From contig OZ253457.1 in assembly GCA_965261285.1 (NCBI GenBank), positions 854,760-918,759 of the forward strand: a stretch of 64,000 nt of DNA. The letters are read 5' to 3'. The stretch's first letter is position 1. The number at the start of each line of letters is the position of its first letter. This DNA comes from Vicinamibacterales bacterium (lineage in GTDB: Bacteria > Acidobacteriota > Vicinamibacteria > Vicinamibacterales > UBA8438). Of the stretch, positions 16,720-25,992 are shown piece after piece. The notes beneath the pieces are model-generated. The model searched no databases. It was not told the DNA's origin and was given only the letters and a program-made list of their open reading frames with translations. The translations under genes and the position numbers were made by a program.

Positions 16720-17898
16720 ATGCCCACCAACGCGGGTTCGCGCAAGGCGGCTCGGTTCACCGAGTCGGTGATCCGGGAGATGACCCGGCTGGCCCACCGG
16801 CACGGCGCGATCAATCTCTCGCAGGGGTTTCCCGACTTCGCCGCCCCCGCCGAGCTGAAGGCGGCGGCGCAGGCCGCGATCGCGGCCGACGTCAACCAGT
16901 ACGCGGTGACGTGGGGGGCGAAGCCGCTGCGCGAGGCGGTGGCGCGCGAGTTCACGCGGCGCTACGGCGTCGGGGTCGACGCGGAGACCCAGGTCACGGT
17001 GTGCTGCGGCTCGACCGAGGCCATGATGTCGACGATGCTGGCGACCGTCGACCCCGGCGACGAGGTCGTGGTGTTCGAGCCGTTCTACGAGAACTACGGG
17101 CCGGACGCGATTCTCTCGGGGGCGGCGCCGCGCTACGTGACCCTGCACGCGCCGGACTGGACGTTCGACCCTGACGCTCTCGCCGCCGCGTTCAACGAGC
17201 GGACGCGGGCCATCATCGTCAACACGCCCAACAACCCGACCGGCAAGGTCTTCACGCGCGGCGAGCTGGAGACCATCGCCGCCCTCTGCCGCCGGTGGGA
17301 CGTCCTCGCCATCACCGACGAGATCTACGAGCACATTCTCTACGACGGCGCCCGCCACGTGCCGATGGCCGCCATCGAGGGCATGGCCGACCGTACCGTC
17401 ACCATCAACAGCCTGTCGAAGACCTACAGCGTGACGGGCTGGCGGGTGGGGTGGGCCATCGCCTCGCCGGCGCTGACCGGGGCGATACGCAAGGTGCACG
17501 ACTTCCTGACGGTGGGGGCGGCGGCGCCGCTGCAGGAGGCGGGGGCGGCGGCGCTGGCCCTGCCCGACGCCTACTACGCCGAGCTGGCCGAGGGCTACCG
17601 GCGGCGTCGCGACATGCTGCTCGATCTGCTCGAGCCGCGCGGGTTCACGTGCTTCAGGCCGCGCGGGGCCTACTACATCATGACCGACGTCAGCGGGTTC
17701 GGGTTCGCCGACGACGTCGAGTTCGCCCGCTACCTGGTGGCCGACGTGGGGGTCGCGGTGGTGCCGGGCAGCAGCTTCTATCACGACCCGGCCCTGGGCC
17801 GGACCCAGGTGCGCTTCACCTTCTGCAAGCGCGACGAGACCCTGCAGGCGGCGGGACGCCGGCTCGCGGCGATACCCGTTCCCGCGGTGGCCGGTTAG
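16720..17898 (+). CDS. PLP-dependent aminotransferase class I/II
   Basis: INLSQGFPDF, NTPNNPTGKVF, TDEIYEH, SLSKTYSVTGWRVGW, VRFTFCK. Confidence 0.96.
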   Translation: MPTNAGSRKAARFTESVIREMTRLAHRHGAINLSQGFPDFAAPAELKAAAQAAIAADVNQYAVTWGAKPLREAVAREFTRRYGVGVDAETQVTVCCGSTEAMMSTMLATVDPGDEVVVFEPFYENYGPDAILSGAAPRYVTLHAPDWTFDPDALAAAFNERTRAIIVNTPNNPTGKVFTRGELETIAALCRRWDVLAITDEIYEHILYDGARHVPMAAIEGMADRTVTINSLSKTYSVTGWRVGWAIASPALTGAIRKVHDFLTVGAAAPLQEAGAAALALPDAYYAELAEGYRRRRDMLLDLLEPRGFTCFRPRGAYYIMTDVSGFGFADDVEFARYLVADVGVAVVPGSSFYHDPALGRTQVRFTFCKRDETLQAAGRRLAAIPVPAVAG

Positions 17899-18096
17899 CC
17901 CTGCCGGTCGTCGCCGAACGCGACGGCGAGGTCGCGCTGCGGTCTCCGCTCGGCGCCCGCCATCGAGCCTTCACGAGCTTGAGCCGTTCCACTGCGCAGG
18001 TTCGCGGTCCGGGAACCGCCGCCCCGCGCCGCCGGCTCCGGCGGATGCGGCCGGGCATCCGCGGTCCCCTCGGCCCCGTTCCCCGGCCCCGGCCAA

Positions 18097-18236
18097 TGGT
18101 GTGTCCCAAGAATGATCCTACGGTTCAGCTTCCGTAGGCCAGACGCCGCTGCCCTCGGTTGGCGCCCGAAAATCGGCGGTCTTTCGGCCTTGTCGGCCAC
18201 GGCGGTGCGATGTAAAGCCGTTTCTCGGACACACCA
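18097..18236. mobile_element. MITE-like element (140 bp) with terminal inverted repeats
   Basis: Left TGGTGTGTCCcAAGAA; right reverse complement TGGTGTGTCCgAGAAA; no ORF; abuts a stop codon; no clear target-site duplication. Confidence 0.5.
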
Positions 18237-19241
18237 CTAGAACCGCAGCAGGGCGCCCGCGTAGATGCCCTCCAGCTTCAGGTCGTAGTCGTGCTCCGTC
18301 GTCCGCAGGCTCAGGTTCCGGGAGCGGTAGCCGACCTGGAGCCCGAACGGGTCGATGAAGTTCAACACGGCATGGACGTCGACCGCGAGATGCTCGCCGG
18401 TGTAGCCGAGGAAGTCGCCGATTCCCCACGGCATCCGGAGCAGGCTGGCCTCGGCCCCCAGCATGATGACCGGCGAGGGGTACAAACGCACGACGCCCCC
18501 GACGGCGGGGATGGGCCGGCGCATGCGGGCGAGCTCGCAGGCACGGGACCCGTCGGCGCACGCCGGGTCGCGCGCGATCCGGACGTCGGTGTACGTGGCC
18601 TCCGCGAAGAGGCCGAGGGAGCCGCGCGTCAGGTGGATCAGGTCGTACTCGTAGGCCAGCCGCCAGGTCCTCCAGGTGAGGATGGACGCGACCGGAGCCG
18701 CGGGCCGCAGCTCGGCGCCGGCGGAGGACGCCGGGCGGTCGGGGGCGGTGACGGCGTCGTAGCGGACGGGCAGATAGTCGAAGTGGACCCGCTGCCGGCG
18801 GCTCAGCCGGAGCCGCACCCGCAGGTCCATGAACCGTGGCACGGCGGTCCCCGGGCCTCCGGCCGCGCCGGTGGTGGTGGCGGAAGCGTCCGATCCCCGG
18901 TGCGCGACGGTCAGGTCCTGCGCCGGCGGCCACAGCGAGCCCAGGAGCTCGATGCGGTGCAGCTCGCCGACCGGGAAGTCCGTCGAGGCGGGGGAGAGCT
19001 GGGCCCTCGCGGGCCGGGCGCAAGCCAGCGCGGCGAGCAGCAGGCAGGCGACGGCGACGCCGCGGGGCACGATGGCGCCGGCCGCGGTCCGGGGCGCGGG
19101 GGGCAGGAGGCACGCGACGGCGACGCCGCGGGGCACGATGGCGCCGGCCGCGGTCCGGGGCGCGGGGGAGCGTTGCCGGCCGGGGGGGGATCTCCCGTCG
19201 CACGGAGACCCGCGGTGGACGGTGACGGAGTCTCGAGTCAT
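18237..19241 (-). CDS. outer-membrane beta-barrel hypothetical protein (start uncertain)
   Basis: Signal peptide (LLLAALACARPARAQ), alternating beta-strand pattern, C-terminal GIYAGALLRF. Confidence 0.65.
   Translation of the reverse strand: MTRDSVTVHRGSPCDGRSPPGRQRSPAPRTAAGAIVPRGVAVACLLPPAPRTAAGAIVPRGVAVACLLLAALACARPARAQLSPASTDFPVGELHRIELLGSLWPPAQDLTVAHRGSDASATTTGAAGGPGTAVPRFMDLRVRLRLSRRQRVHFDYLPVRYDAVTAPDRPASSAGAELRPAAPVASILTWRTWRLAYEYDLIHLTRGSLGLFAEATYTDVRIARDPACADGSRACELARMRRPIPAVGGVVRLYPSPVIMLGAEASLLRMPWGIGDFLGYTGEHLAVDVHAVLNFIDPFGLQVGYRSRNLSLRTTEHDYDLKLEGIYAGALLRF
19048..19168. repeat. 66-bp tandem duplication in the signal-peptide region
   Basis: PAPRTAAGAIVPRGVAVACLL occurs twice; DNA units at 19048 and 19114. 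Confidence 0.9.
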
Positions 19242-19520
19242 GGCCTGCCGTCGCGGCGGATGTCCGTCGTGGGCGACGGCGACCCCGCGTCGGGGGCGAA
19301 GCCGCCTCACGAGGCGTATCGGCACTTCCGACTAGGGGCTGCAGGCCGCCGCGTCCGGGGGTCGCGCCCGGAAGCTGGTATCCTGAACGTCGAAGCCCCG
19401 CGGCCCGTCCGCCGGCTGCCGGGGGTTCCACAGCCTGGCCGGACACGACCTGCGCGCGGGCCCCTGCTTCCAGTGTCAGGGGTTCCGAGGCCGCCCGGTC
19501 CCCTTGCGACTCCCGGTTCC

Positions 19521-21365
19521 ATGTCTCCCCGCGCCCGACTCGTCCCGTACGTCTTGCGCTATCGACGGCAGCTCCTGCTGGGGCTGGCGTGCCTGGTGCT
19601 CACGACCACGTTCTCGCTGCTCGGGCCCTGGGTGTTGCGCTACGCCGTGGACGACCTGACGGCGGGCGTCACCCGCGACAAGCTGACGGTGCACGCGGCG
19701 ACCCTGCTCGGCCTCGCGATGGCCGGCGGGGGGTTCCGGTTCCTCATGCGCCGCATTCTCGTCGGCGCCTCGCGGGCCATCGAGTACGACCTGCGCAACG
19801 CCTTCGTCGCCCACCTGCAGCGGTTGCCGCCGGCGTACTTCCACGCCACCCGCACCGGCGACCTCATGTCGCGCGCCACCAACGACCTGAACGCGGTGCG
19901 CATGATGGTGGGCCCCGCCATCATGTACATGGCCAGCACCGGCATGGTGTTCGTGGTGGCGGTCGCCCTGATGCTGTCCATCGACCCCGTCCTGACCCTG
20001 GCCGCGCTGGCGTGCCTGCCGGTGGTCTCGGTCGCGGTGAAGTTCTTCGGCACCGCCGTCTTCCGTCAGACGGAGCGCATCCAGGCGCAGCTCTCGACGC
20101 TGAGCGCGGTCGTGCAGGAGGGGCTGGCCGGGGTGCGGGTGGTGCGCGCGTACTGCCGCGAAGGGGTCGAAACGGAACGGTTCGGCCGTGAGAACCGCGA
20201 GTACTTCGCACGCAATGCGCGGCTCATCCGCGTTCAGGCCCTGTTCTATCCGAGCCTCGGGTTCATCCTGGGGCTGGCCGGAGTGCTGGTGCTGTGGCTG
20301 GGCGCGCGTCACGTGATCGAGGGGCGCATCACGGTCGGGCAGTTCGTCGCGTTCAACGCCTACCTGCTCATGTTGAGCTGGCCGATGATCGCGTTCGGGT
20401 TCGTGACCAATCTGTTCCAGCGGGGGATGGCGGCGTGGGGGCGGATGTGCGACGTCTTCGACGCGCCCCCGGCCGAGCCCGCACGCGTCGACGCCGCCGA
20501 AGACGGCGCCGGGTCCGCGGGGCTCGACGGGCGCCCGGCCCCGGGCGGGTCCGCGAACGCGGCTGCGCCGGCGGCGCCCGTGCCCGGCGGCGGCGTCGAG
20601 CTCCGCGACCTGTCGTTCGCCTACGACGGCAGGCCGGTGCTGCAGGGGGTCTCCGCGACGATCGAGCCCGGCCGCGTGCTCGGGGTCATCGGTCCCACCG
20701 GCTCCGGCAAGTCGACGCTCCTCGCCCTGCTGCCGCGGTTGTTCAACCCCCCGCGCGGGACCGTCTTCATCGACGGCGTCGACGTGCTCGATCTCCCCCT
20801 GCCGGTGCTGCGGCGGCAGATCGCCGTGGTCCCGCAGGACCCGTTCCTGTTCTCGGACACCATCGCCGGGAACGTGGCGTTCGGGGTCGAGGCGGCCGGC
20901 GCCGCCGATGCCGGCCCCGGCCCGGAGCGCGACGCCGGGAGAGTCGTCGCCGAGGCGATCGCCCTCGCGCGGCTGGACACCGATCTGGCCGGGTTCCCCG
21001 ACGGGGCGGAGACCCGGATCGGCGAGCGCGGCGTCACCCTGTCGGGCGGGCAGAAGCAGCGCACGGCGCTGGCGCGGGCGATCTCGGCCGACGCGCGCAT
21101 TCTCCTCCTGGACGATGCGCTGTCGGCCGTCGACGCGCGCACGGAGGCGGACATCCTCGCCGGCCTGCGCCGCGTCCTGCGCGGGCGCACGTCGATCGTC
21201 GTGTCGCACCGCATCTCGACGGTGCGCGCGGCCGACCTCATCCTCGTGCTCGACGAGGGCCGCGTGGTCGAGCGCGGCGCCCACGACGAGCTGGTGGCGC
21301 GCGGGGGCCTGTACGCGGGCCTGCACCGGAAGCAGCTCATCGAGCAGGCGCTGGAGCTGGGATGA
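19521..21365 (+). CDS. ABC exporter subunit A (TMD+NBD, degenerate site)
   Basis: TGDLMSRATND, Walker A GPTGSGKST, LSGGQKQR, Walker B LLLDD (catalytic Glu replaced by Asp). Confidence 0.95.
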   Translation: MSPRARLVPYVLRYRRQLLLGLACLVLTTTFSLLGPWVLRYAVDDLTAGVTRDKLTVHAATLLGLAMAGGGFRFLMRRILVGASRAIEYDLRNAFVAHLQRLPPAYFHATRTGDLMSRATNDLNAVRMMVGPAIMYMASTGMVFVVAVALMLSIDPVLTLAALACLPVVSVAVKFFGTAVFRQTERIQAQLSTLSAVVQEGLAGVRVVRAYCREGVETERFGRENREYFARNARLIRVQALFYPSLGFILGLAGVLVLWLGARHVIEGRITVGQFVAFNAYLLMLSWPMIAFGFVTNLFQRGMAAWGRMCDVFDAPPAEPARVDAAEDGAGSAGLDGRPAPGGSANAAAPAAPVPGGGVELRDLSFAYDGRPVLQGVSATIEPGRVLGVIGPTGSGKSTLLALLPRLFNPPRGTVFIDGVDVLDLPLPVLRRQIAVVPQDPFLFSDTIAGNVAFGVEAAGAADAGPGPERDAGRVVAEAIALARLDTDLAGFPDGAETRIGERGVTLSGGQKQRTALARAISADARILLLDDALSAVDARTEADILAGLRRVLRGRTSIVVSHRISTVRAADLILVLDEGRVVERGAHDELVARGGLYAGLHRKQLIEQALELG

Positions 21366-23155
21366 TCGAGGCGGACGACGAGGTCCTCGGCAAGGCCTAC
21401 GACGCGCGCCTGATGCGCCGGCTGCTGGGCTACATGCGGCCCTACCGCGCGCGCATCGGCGTGGCGTTCTTCGCCATCCTGGGGCTCTCCCTGCTGCAGC
21501 TCGCGCCGCCGTACCTGACCAAGGTCGCGATAGACACGCACATCGCGGCGGGGGACGTCGACGGCCTGACTCCCCTCGCCCTGCTGCTGCTCGGCGTGCT
21601 GGTGGCGTCCTACGTGCTGGAAGCGGTCCAGACCTGGACGCTGCAGGTGACCGGGCAGCACATCATCTTCGACCTGCGGCGGCAGATTCACGGGCACCTG
21701 CAGCGGCTCGACGTGGCCTTCTTCGACCGCAATCCCGTCGGCCGGCTGATGACCCGCGTGACCACCGACGTCGACGCTCTCAACGAGCTGTTCGCGTCGG
21801 GCGTGGTGTCGGTGTTCCGGGACGTCTTCATGCTGGCGGGCATCGCCGTCGTGCTGTTCGTCATGGACTGGCGCCTCGCCGTCGTCGCCCTCTCGGTGCT
21901 GCCCCTCATCGCGGCGGTGACGCAGTGGTTCCGGCGCCACGCCCGGCAGTCGTACCGGGAGGTGCGGGGCTGGATTGCGCGCATCAACGCGTTCCTGCAG
22001 GAGAACGTCACGGGGATGGCGACGGTGCAGCTCTTCCGGCGCGAGGCCCGCCAGTACGAGCGGTTCGACGCGATCAACCGGGGGTGCCGCGACGCGCACC
22101 TCGCGTCGATCTTCTTCTACGCGGTGTTCTATCCCGCCATCGAGGTGCTGGGGGCCCTGGCCGTCGCCGCCATCATCTGGTTCGGCGGCGCGTGGACCCT
22201 GCAGGGCAGCCTCGAGCTCGGCTCGCTGGTGGCGTTCGTGCTGTACTCGCAGCGCTTCTTCCGTCCCATCAGCGACCTGTCCGAGAAGTTCAACATCCTG
22301 CAGGCGGCGATGGCGTCGTCCGAGCGCATCTTCGCGTTGCTCGACACCCCGGTGGCGGTCGCCGACCCCGTGTCGCCGGCCGCCGCGGCGCGGGGGGGCG
22401 GCCACATCCGCTTCGAGAACGTGTGGTTCGCGTACCGGGGCGACCAGTACGTGCTCGAGGACGTCACCTTCGACGTCGCCCCCGGCCGGCGGGTCGGCGT
22501 GGTCGGCGCCACCGGGGCGGGGAAGAGCACCGTGCTCAACCTGCTGATGCGGTTCTACGAGGTGAACCGCGGGCGCATCACCATCGACGGCGTCGATATC
22601 CGCGATCTGCCGCTCCACGACCTGCGGGCGCGGTTCGGGCTCGTGCTGCAGGACGTCTACCTGTTCTCGGGGACCGTGGCCGACAACATCCGACTCGGCA
22701 ACGGGGCGATCACCGACGACGACGTGCGCCGGGCCGCGCGCGGCGTGCACGCCGACCGGTTCATCGCGTCGCTGCCGGAGGGGCTCGAGACCGCGGTGGC
22801 CGAGCGGGGGGCCACCTTCTCGGTGGGGCAACGCCAGTTGCTGTCGTTCGCGCGGGCCCTGGCCGCTCGGCCGCCGGTGCTGCTGCTCGACGAGGCCACG
22901 TCGAGCGTCGACACCGACACCGAGCAGCTCATTCAGGACGCGCTGCACGTGCTGATGGCCGGCCGCACCACCATCGCCATCGCCCACCGCCTGTCGACGG
23001 TGCAGGACATGGACACCATTCTCGTCTTCCACAAGGGCCGGCTGCGCGAGCAGGGCAGCCACCGGCGCCTGCTCGCCGAACGGGGCCTGTACCACAAGCT
23101 GTACCAGCTTCAGTACCGCGATCAGGAGGTCGAGATGGCGCCGGCAGCTTCGTAG
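21362..23155 (+). CDS. ABC exporter subunit B (TMD+NBD)
   Basis: ATGA overlap with subunit A; PVGRLMTRVTTD, GATGAGKST, FSVGQRQLL, LLLDEATSSVD, IAHRLST. Confidence 0.95.
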   Translation: MIEADDEVLGKAYDARLMRRLLGYMRPYRARIGVAFFAILGLSLLQLAPPYLTKVAIDTHIAAGDVDGLTPLALLLLGVLVASYVLEAVQTWTLQVTGQHIIFDLRRQIHGHLQRLDVAFFDRNPVGRLMTRVTTDVDALNELFASGVVSVFRDVFMLAGIAVVLFVMDWRLAVVALSVLPLIAAVTQWFRRHARQSYREVRGWIARINAFLQENVTGMATVQLFRREARQYERFDAINRGCRDAHLASIFFYAVFYPAIEVLGALAVAAIIWFGGAWTLQGSLELGSLVAFVLYSQRFFRPISDLSEKFNILQAAMASSERIFALLDTPVAVADPVSPAAAARGGGHIRFENVWFAYRGDQYVLEDVTFDVAPGRRVGVVGATGAGKSTVLNLLMRFYEVNRGRITIDGVDIRDLPLHDLRARFGLVLQDVYLFSGTVADNIRLGNGAITDDDVRRAARGVHADRFIASLPEGLETAVAERGATFSVGQRQLLSFARALAARPPVLLLDEATSSVDTDTEQLIQDALHVLMAGRTTIAIAHRLSTVQDMDTILVFHKGRLREQGSHRRLLAERGLYHKLYQLQYRDQEVEMAPAAS

Positions 23156-23170
23156 CCGCCTCTCGACGCC

Positions 23171-23400
23171 GGCAACGGCGCAACGCAAACGGGGTCGGCG
23201 GGGCGGGCCCCGGTGCAGCGCAACGGCCTCCCGGTGCAGGCAGCGGCGCAACGCAACGGGGTCGGCGGGCGGACTCGGGTGCAGCGCAGCGGCCTCCCGG
23301 TGCCGGCAACGGCGCAACGCAACGGGGTCGGCGGGGCGGCCTCCGGTGCGGCGGGGCGGCCTCCCGGTGCGGGTAACGGCGCAACGCAACGGGGGTCGGG
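23171..23400. repeat. ~67-bp intergenic tandem repeat x4
   Basis: gg[c/t]a[a/g]cggcgcaacgcaacggggtcgg at 23171, 23239, 23305 and 23372; the intervening sequence is also homologous (ggcctcccggtg). Confidence 0.88.
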
Positions 23401-23610
23401 GGGGCGGACGGGTCGGATGTCGGGGGGGCGACGAAACGCGGGGTTCATCGAACGGCGGACTCGTCGCGGTCGTGCTTTGGCGGCAGGCGGGCGGCGCCGG
23501 AGATCGGAGAGGTTGCGGGCGGGGGGCGTGCGCGGGGAGAGGGCGGCGGGGGCGTGGCGGGGTTGCGGTCCCATCGGGACCCGCCCACCACGCCCCCTGC
23601 CGCGATGCGC

Positions 23611-24258
23611 CTAGAGGCCTTCCGCCTGCTTCATCAGGTTGGCGTGGGTCGCGGCCACTTCCAGGCCGCCCTCGCCCTCCTGCCAGCCGGTGCGGCCGTC
23701 GTCGTTCGCGTCGACGCCCGAGAGCAGGGCCTGCGCGAGGTCGTTGAGCTCGGCCACGAGGGGGGCCGCGTCGGCCGCGGTCGTCGTGCGGGCGATGCGG
23801 GCCGCCAGCGCGACGATCTCGTCTGCCCGCGCCACGGTGTTCTGCGCCGAGGTCGCGACGTGGACGGCGTGGGTCTGGACCGCGCCCGACGCGCCCTCGG
23901 AGTTGGCGGCGGCGGTGATGTGCTGCGCGGCGCCGGCCGCCCCGCGCTTCACGCCGTAGCCGCGGCCGGGGCCGTTCTCGATCTGCGAGGGATCGACCGC
24001 GTGCAGCACATGGGTGGTGTGGCGCTTCATCGAGACGAAGTTGCTCGGGTCGCTGGCCGCGAGGCCCGCGTGCCGCGCCGCGATCTCGGCCTCGGCGATG
24101 GCCGCCGGCAGCAGGCCCTCGCCGTCGGGCGTGTCGCGCCACGCGTCGGTGACGTGGCCGATGTGGTTGTGCGCGGGGTTCTGCGCGGCGACGTTGCCCG
24201 CGGCCAGGACTGTCACCGCGAGCAGGGCGGCGAGGGCGGCGTAGGTGGTTCTCTTCAT
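23611..24258 (-). CDS. secreted His-rich helical hypothetical protein
   Basis: GGAGGA SD; signal peptide MKRTTYAALAALL...VAAQ; HNHIGH, HTTHVLH, HAVHV motifs; DANDDG motif. Confidence 0.75.
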   Translation of the reverse strand: MKRTTYAALAALLAVTVLAAGNVAAQNPAHNHIGHVTDAWRDTPDGEGLLPAAIAEAEIAARHAGLAASDPSNFVSMKRHTTHVLHAVDPSQIENGPGRGYGVKRGAAGAAQHITAAANSEGASGAVQTHAVHVATSAQNTVARADEIVALAARIARTTTAADAAPLVAELNDLAQALLSGVDANDDGRTGWQEGEGGLEVAATHANLMKQAEGL

Positions 24259-24475
24259 CGGTTCCTCCGGATTCACGACAGCGGGCGGACCGGTCGGGCC
24301 GCCCTGATCCGCGGCAATTCCGGCCCGGCCGGAAACCGCGGCGACCGCATCCGGGGCACTGCCCGGATGCGCCATTGACGATCCGTTCTTATACCGCGCC
24401 CGCCGTCCGGCGGCAAGTGTCCCCGGTCGACGGCGTCCGGCTCGTTCTGCGAAAGGGGGGGCGTCGCGTGACCGA

Positions 24476-24673
24476 TCAGGGTCGATCCGGCCGAGCCGAC
24501 GGGGTGGTCTGGTGGTCCTGCCAGCCGGTGATTCGGCCTTCCAGCGTTGCGAGGCGGCGATCGATGTTGCCGACCGTCGCGGCCAGGGAGGCGATGCGGC
24601 CGTTGGTGTCGCGCCAGAGCAGCACGACCACGGCGATCACGATGGCCGACGACAGGATGTCGGTCCACGGCAT
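24476..24673 (-). CDS. small TM plus coiled-coil hypothetical protein (65 aa)
   Basis: MPWTDILSSAIVIAVVVLLWRD...IDRRLATLEGRI. Confidence 0.55.
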   Translation of the reverse strand: MPWTDILSSAIVIAVVVLLWRDTNGRIASLAATVGNIDRRLATLEGRITGWQDHQTTPSARPDRP

Positions 24674-24836
24674 GCGGTGCACGTTATCACCGGCACTGCG
24701 ATGAGTCCACGGTCGCTCAGGGTCTCGATGCATCGGCTCCGGGGAGGGTCCAGGCCGGCCTTTCTCGGCGATGGGACTCGGCGACGCGCCCCGGCGGCGC
24801 GCCGAGCCGCAGGCGGGCGGCGGCAGGACGACGGCG

Positions 24837-24923
24837 CCTGGCCCGGAAGAGCGTCGCTTACGGCTCCGCTCGCCGCCCAGCCGGCCTCCAGGAATTCCCG
24901 CCGTACTACGGCGCAGACTCCTG
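24837..24923. repeat. dispersed ~87-bp repeat, copy A (contains the thiL stop codon)
   Basis: cctggcccgga..gagcgtcgc...gctccgctc.ccgcccagcc...ctacggcgcagactcctg; also at 47652..47736. Confidence 0.8.
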
Positions 24924-25973
24924 CCGGAAGTGCTCGTAGCCCGCCGGCACGGGCCGGTCACCGCTCGCACTGTGGAGCACGAGGTCGGGAGCCTTCGTCA
25001 GCTCGCCGATGCGGGTGACGGGGACCCCCCGGAACAGGCGGGACAGCATGCGGAGCGCGCGGCGCTGGCGGCGGGGGACCGCGATCAGCAGCTCGTAGTC
25101 GTCGCCCCCGCGGAGAGCTGCCTCGAGGGGGTCGCTCCCGGCCCGGCCGAACCAACGCCGTGCCACGGGGTGCACGGGTATCGCGGCCGCGTCCACGGCC
25201 GCGCCCAGGCCGGACGCGCAGGCCAACTGGCGCAGCCCGTCCGCGAGTCCGTCGCTCAGGTCGATGCCGGCCCGCGCCACCCGGTTGCGGCCGAGCAGGG
25301 TGCCGATGCGGACCCGCGGCTCCGGCCGGCGGTAGCGCTCGATGCAGTCGTCGAGGTCGGCGTCGGACACCGGCTCGGCGGCCGGTCCCTGCCGGAGCGC
25401 GGCGAGGCCGGCCGCGGCGGCGCCGACGGCGCCGGTCACCCACAGCTCGTCTCCGGGCCGCCCGCCGCCCCGCGTCAGCACCCGGCGCCGCCGGACCGCG
25501 CCGACCGCGGTCACGCTCAGCACCAGCGGGCCGTGGGTGCGGGTGACGTTGCCGCCGACGAGGGAGACGCCGTGCCGGGCCGCGAGCGCGAGCAGGCCCT
25601 CGATCATTCCGTCGAGGTCGGCCACCGCCAGCGTGCCGGGGAGGACCAGGGACAGCACCGCCACCCGGGGCGTCGCCCCCATCGCCGCGAGGTCGCTCAG
25701 GTTCACGGCCAGGGTGCGGTGGCCGACGTCCGCCGCGGAGACGAACGCCCGGTCGAAGTGGACCCCTTCGACGAGGGCGTCGGTGGTGACGACGTCGAGG
25801 GCGCCGCGGGCCGGCTCGACCACCGCCGCGTCGTCGCCGATGCCGGTGGGGACCCAGTCGGGCGCGTCCGGCGTCCGGCGCCGTATCCGCTCGATGACGG
25901 CCGCCTCGCCCAGGTCGCCGACGGTCGTTCCGAGGTCGGTGACGGCCGCCCCGCCCGGGTCGCCGGCAGTCAT
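24906..25973 (-). CDS. thiL: thiamine-monophosphate kinase
   Basis: GEAAVI, GIGDDAAV, TTDALVEGVHF, VNLSDLAAMGATP, GGNVT, IDLSDGL, GGDDYELL. Confidence 0.96.
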   Translation of the reverse strand: MTAGDPGGAAVTDLGTTVGDLGEAAVIERIRRRTPDAPDWVPTGIGDDAAVVEPARGALDVVTTDALVEGVHFDRAFVSAADVGHRTLAVNLSDLAAMGATPRVAVLSLVLPGTLAVADLDGMIEGLLALAARHGVSLVGGNVTRTHGPLVLSVTAVGAVRRRRVLTRGGGRPGDELWVTGAVGAAAAGLAALRQGPAAEPVSDADLDDCIERYRRPEPRVRIGTLLGRNRVARAGIDLSDGLADGLRQLACASGLGAAVDAAAIPVHPVARRWFGRAGSDPLEAALRGGDDYELLIAVPRRQRRALRMLSRLFRGVPVTRIGELTKAPDLVLHSASGDRPVPAGYEHFRQESAP

Positions 25974-25992
25974 TCCGGGGTCCGCGGAGGCG

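Noticed and set aside
23171-23400. CRISPR array
   Set aside because: Spacers are homologous to each other, repeats are degenerate, and there are no cas genes; this is a tandem repeat.
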